Source of the DNA: Setoptus koraiensis
Lineage: Eukaryota; Animalia; Arthropoda
NCBI GenBank assembly: GCA_048013815.1
Contig: CM106585.1
Coordinates: 1,860,001 to 1,924,000, forward strand
Direction: 5' to 3'
Length of the DNA: 64,000 bases
Below are positions 63,118 to 64,000 of the stretch, one piece after another. Numbering within the stretch: position 1 is the first letter of the stretch; every line of letters starts with the position of its first letter. The notes under the pieces are model-generated. The model had not been told where the DNA came from, searched no databases, and saw only the letters and a list, made by a program, of their open reading frames with translations. Both the position numbers and the translations under genes were made by a program.

Positions 63118-63615
63118 TGCCACCCAGGGATATTCACATTGATTGTGCTCAAATAGGAAATAATAATGGCAAGTTCAACAGAGGCAGCCAGCACCAATTG
63201 AGAAAGCAGACGGTGCAACATCAATTGATGGGCCAGCAGCAACATTACACTGGCGCTGCAGCGACCAAAAATAATGCCAGAAATGATCGATGGCCCGGCA
63301 ACGGCAAAGGGGTCCAGTTGAGAAAAATAGATACAAACAGCGATGACTATCAGCGTTTATTGCGCACTAGCCTCACTCTAATGCAACATGTCAAGCAACA
63401 ACAACAACAACAACAACAACAACATGGCGCTGATGCATTGTCTCCGAATGCAACAGACAGTGTCCAAGCGGGCGCATTGGCGGGCCAAAACAGGATGAAA
63501 TTGTATCTATTGGAGGCCGGCGAGGGACAAAAATTGAACATCTCCTGTCAAGTGGGCCCATCGAGGCCGGCAAGCGACGTAGTTTGGTACAAGCGTCACA
63601 TACAACTGTTACCAG
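63118..63615 (+). CDS. Nephrin-like gene, exon 3 (start of Ig2); gene continues beyond the window
   Basis: Acceptor TATATAG at 63117, phase 1, giving VI-V-PPRDIHI. EGQKLNISCQVGPSRPASDVVWYK is a nephrin/Kirre-type C2 domain. Donor G|GTGAGT at 63616. Length is 498 nt, frame-preserving. Confidence 0.8.
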
Positions 63616-63639
63616 GTGAGTGGGGTCTCTATTGGTATT

Positions 63640-63727
63640 TATATCCCTGTTATATCGCTGTTATATCGCTGTTATATCGCTGTTATATCGCTGTTATATC
63701 GCTGTTATATCGCTGTTATATCGCTCT
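63640..63727. repeat. Tandem repeat, 11-bp unit TTATATCGCTG, ~7-8 copies, at the start of nephrin-like intron 3
   Basis: Read directly; produces the YIAVISLL repeats in ORF-track translations. Confidence 0.9.
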
Positions 63728-64000
63728 TACCGTGGCGTAACAAGCGGGCAAATATTGTCATGTCGTCGCTGGCGAGCTCGCGATATTTTCGCTGTGATTT
63801 CTGGTATTTGGTTGCACGGCAGCCAGACGCGGCGCATTGTGTCGTGTTTGTTTCTTTGCTTGGCTTCATTTCAATGGCTGCTGCTAAACAAGCAAAAACT
63901 TGCACCGATTGAATTCTCGCTCGTCACTGGCCCGATGACCAAACAAATTAATCTTGCCACACTGGTCACGCTGCCGTCCACGCCGCAGCCATTTGGCGAG

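Noticed and set aside
61912-63740. ORF-track entries 61912..62490 and 62736..63740 as stand-alone genes
   Set aside because: Only the internal portions bounded by splice sites encode Ig sequence; the flanks are intron read-through, including tandem repeats.

Overview
Eukaryotic (arthropod) genomic DNA, most consistent with a compact, intron-poor mite genome (possibly eriophyoid; taxon is inference). There are three zones. (1) 1-37 kb: a single intronless BarH-class homeobox gene (6958-9099) in a long stretch with no other recognisable CDS, full of (CAA)n, (GT)n and (CT)n tracts and more than 20 unrelated low-copy tandem micro-duplications. (2) 37.5-48.3 kb: a dense, visibly more AT-rich housekeeping island containing APIP/mtnB, NDUFS4, corkscrew/PTPN11, flotillin-1, a minimal CAF-1 p150 and ATP synthase alpha. 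Five of these six genes are single-exon. (3) 49.2-64 kb: the 5' part of a nephrin (Sns/Hibris)-like Ig gene, which I reconstruct as three phase-1 exons. Its 12.1-kb first intron hosts an antisense two-exon small secreted-protein gene and a same-strand ~1440-aa Q/N-rich orphan ORF with a MEF2-binding-like helix. Its second exon is flanked by two long perfect inverted repeats. The main candidates for follow-up are the CAF-1 p150 lacking both DNA-binding domains, an SHP2 carrying substitutions at autoinhibition residues, the nested genes and the palindromes. No rRNA, tRNA, CRISPR array or transposase was recognised. All family comparisons are from recalled sequences, not database searches.
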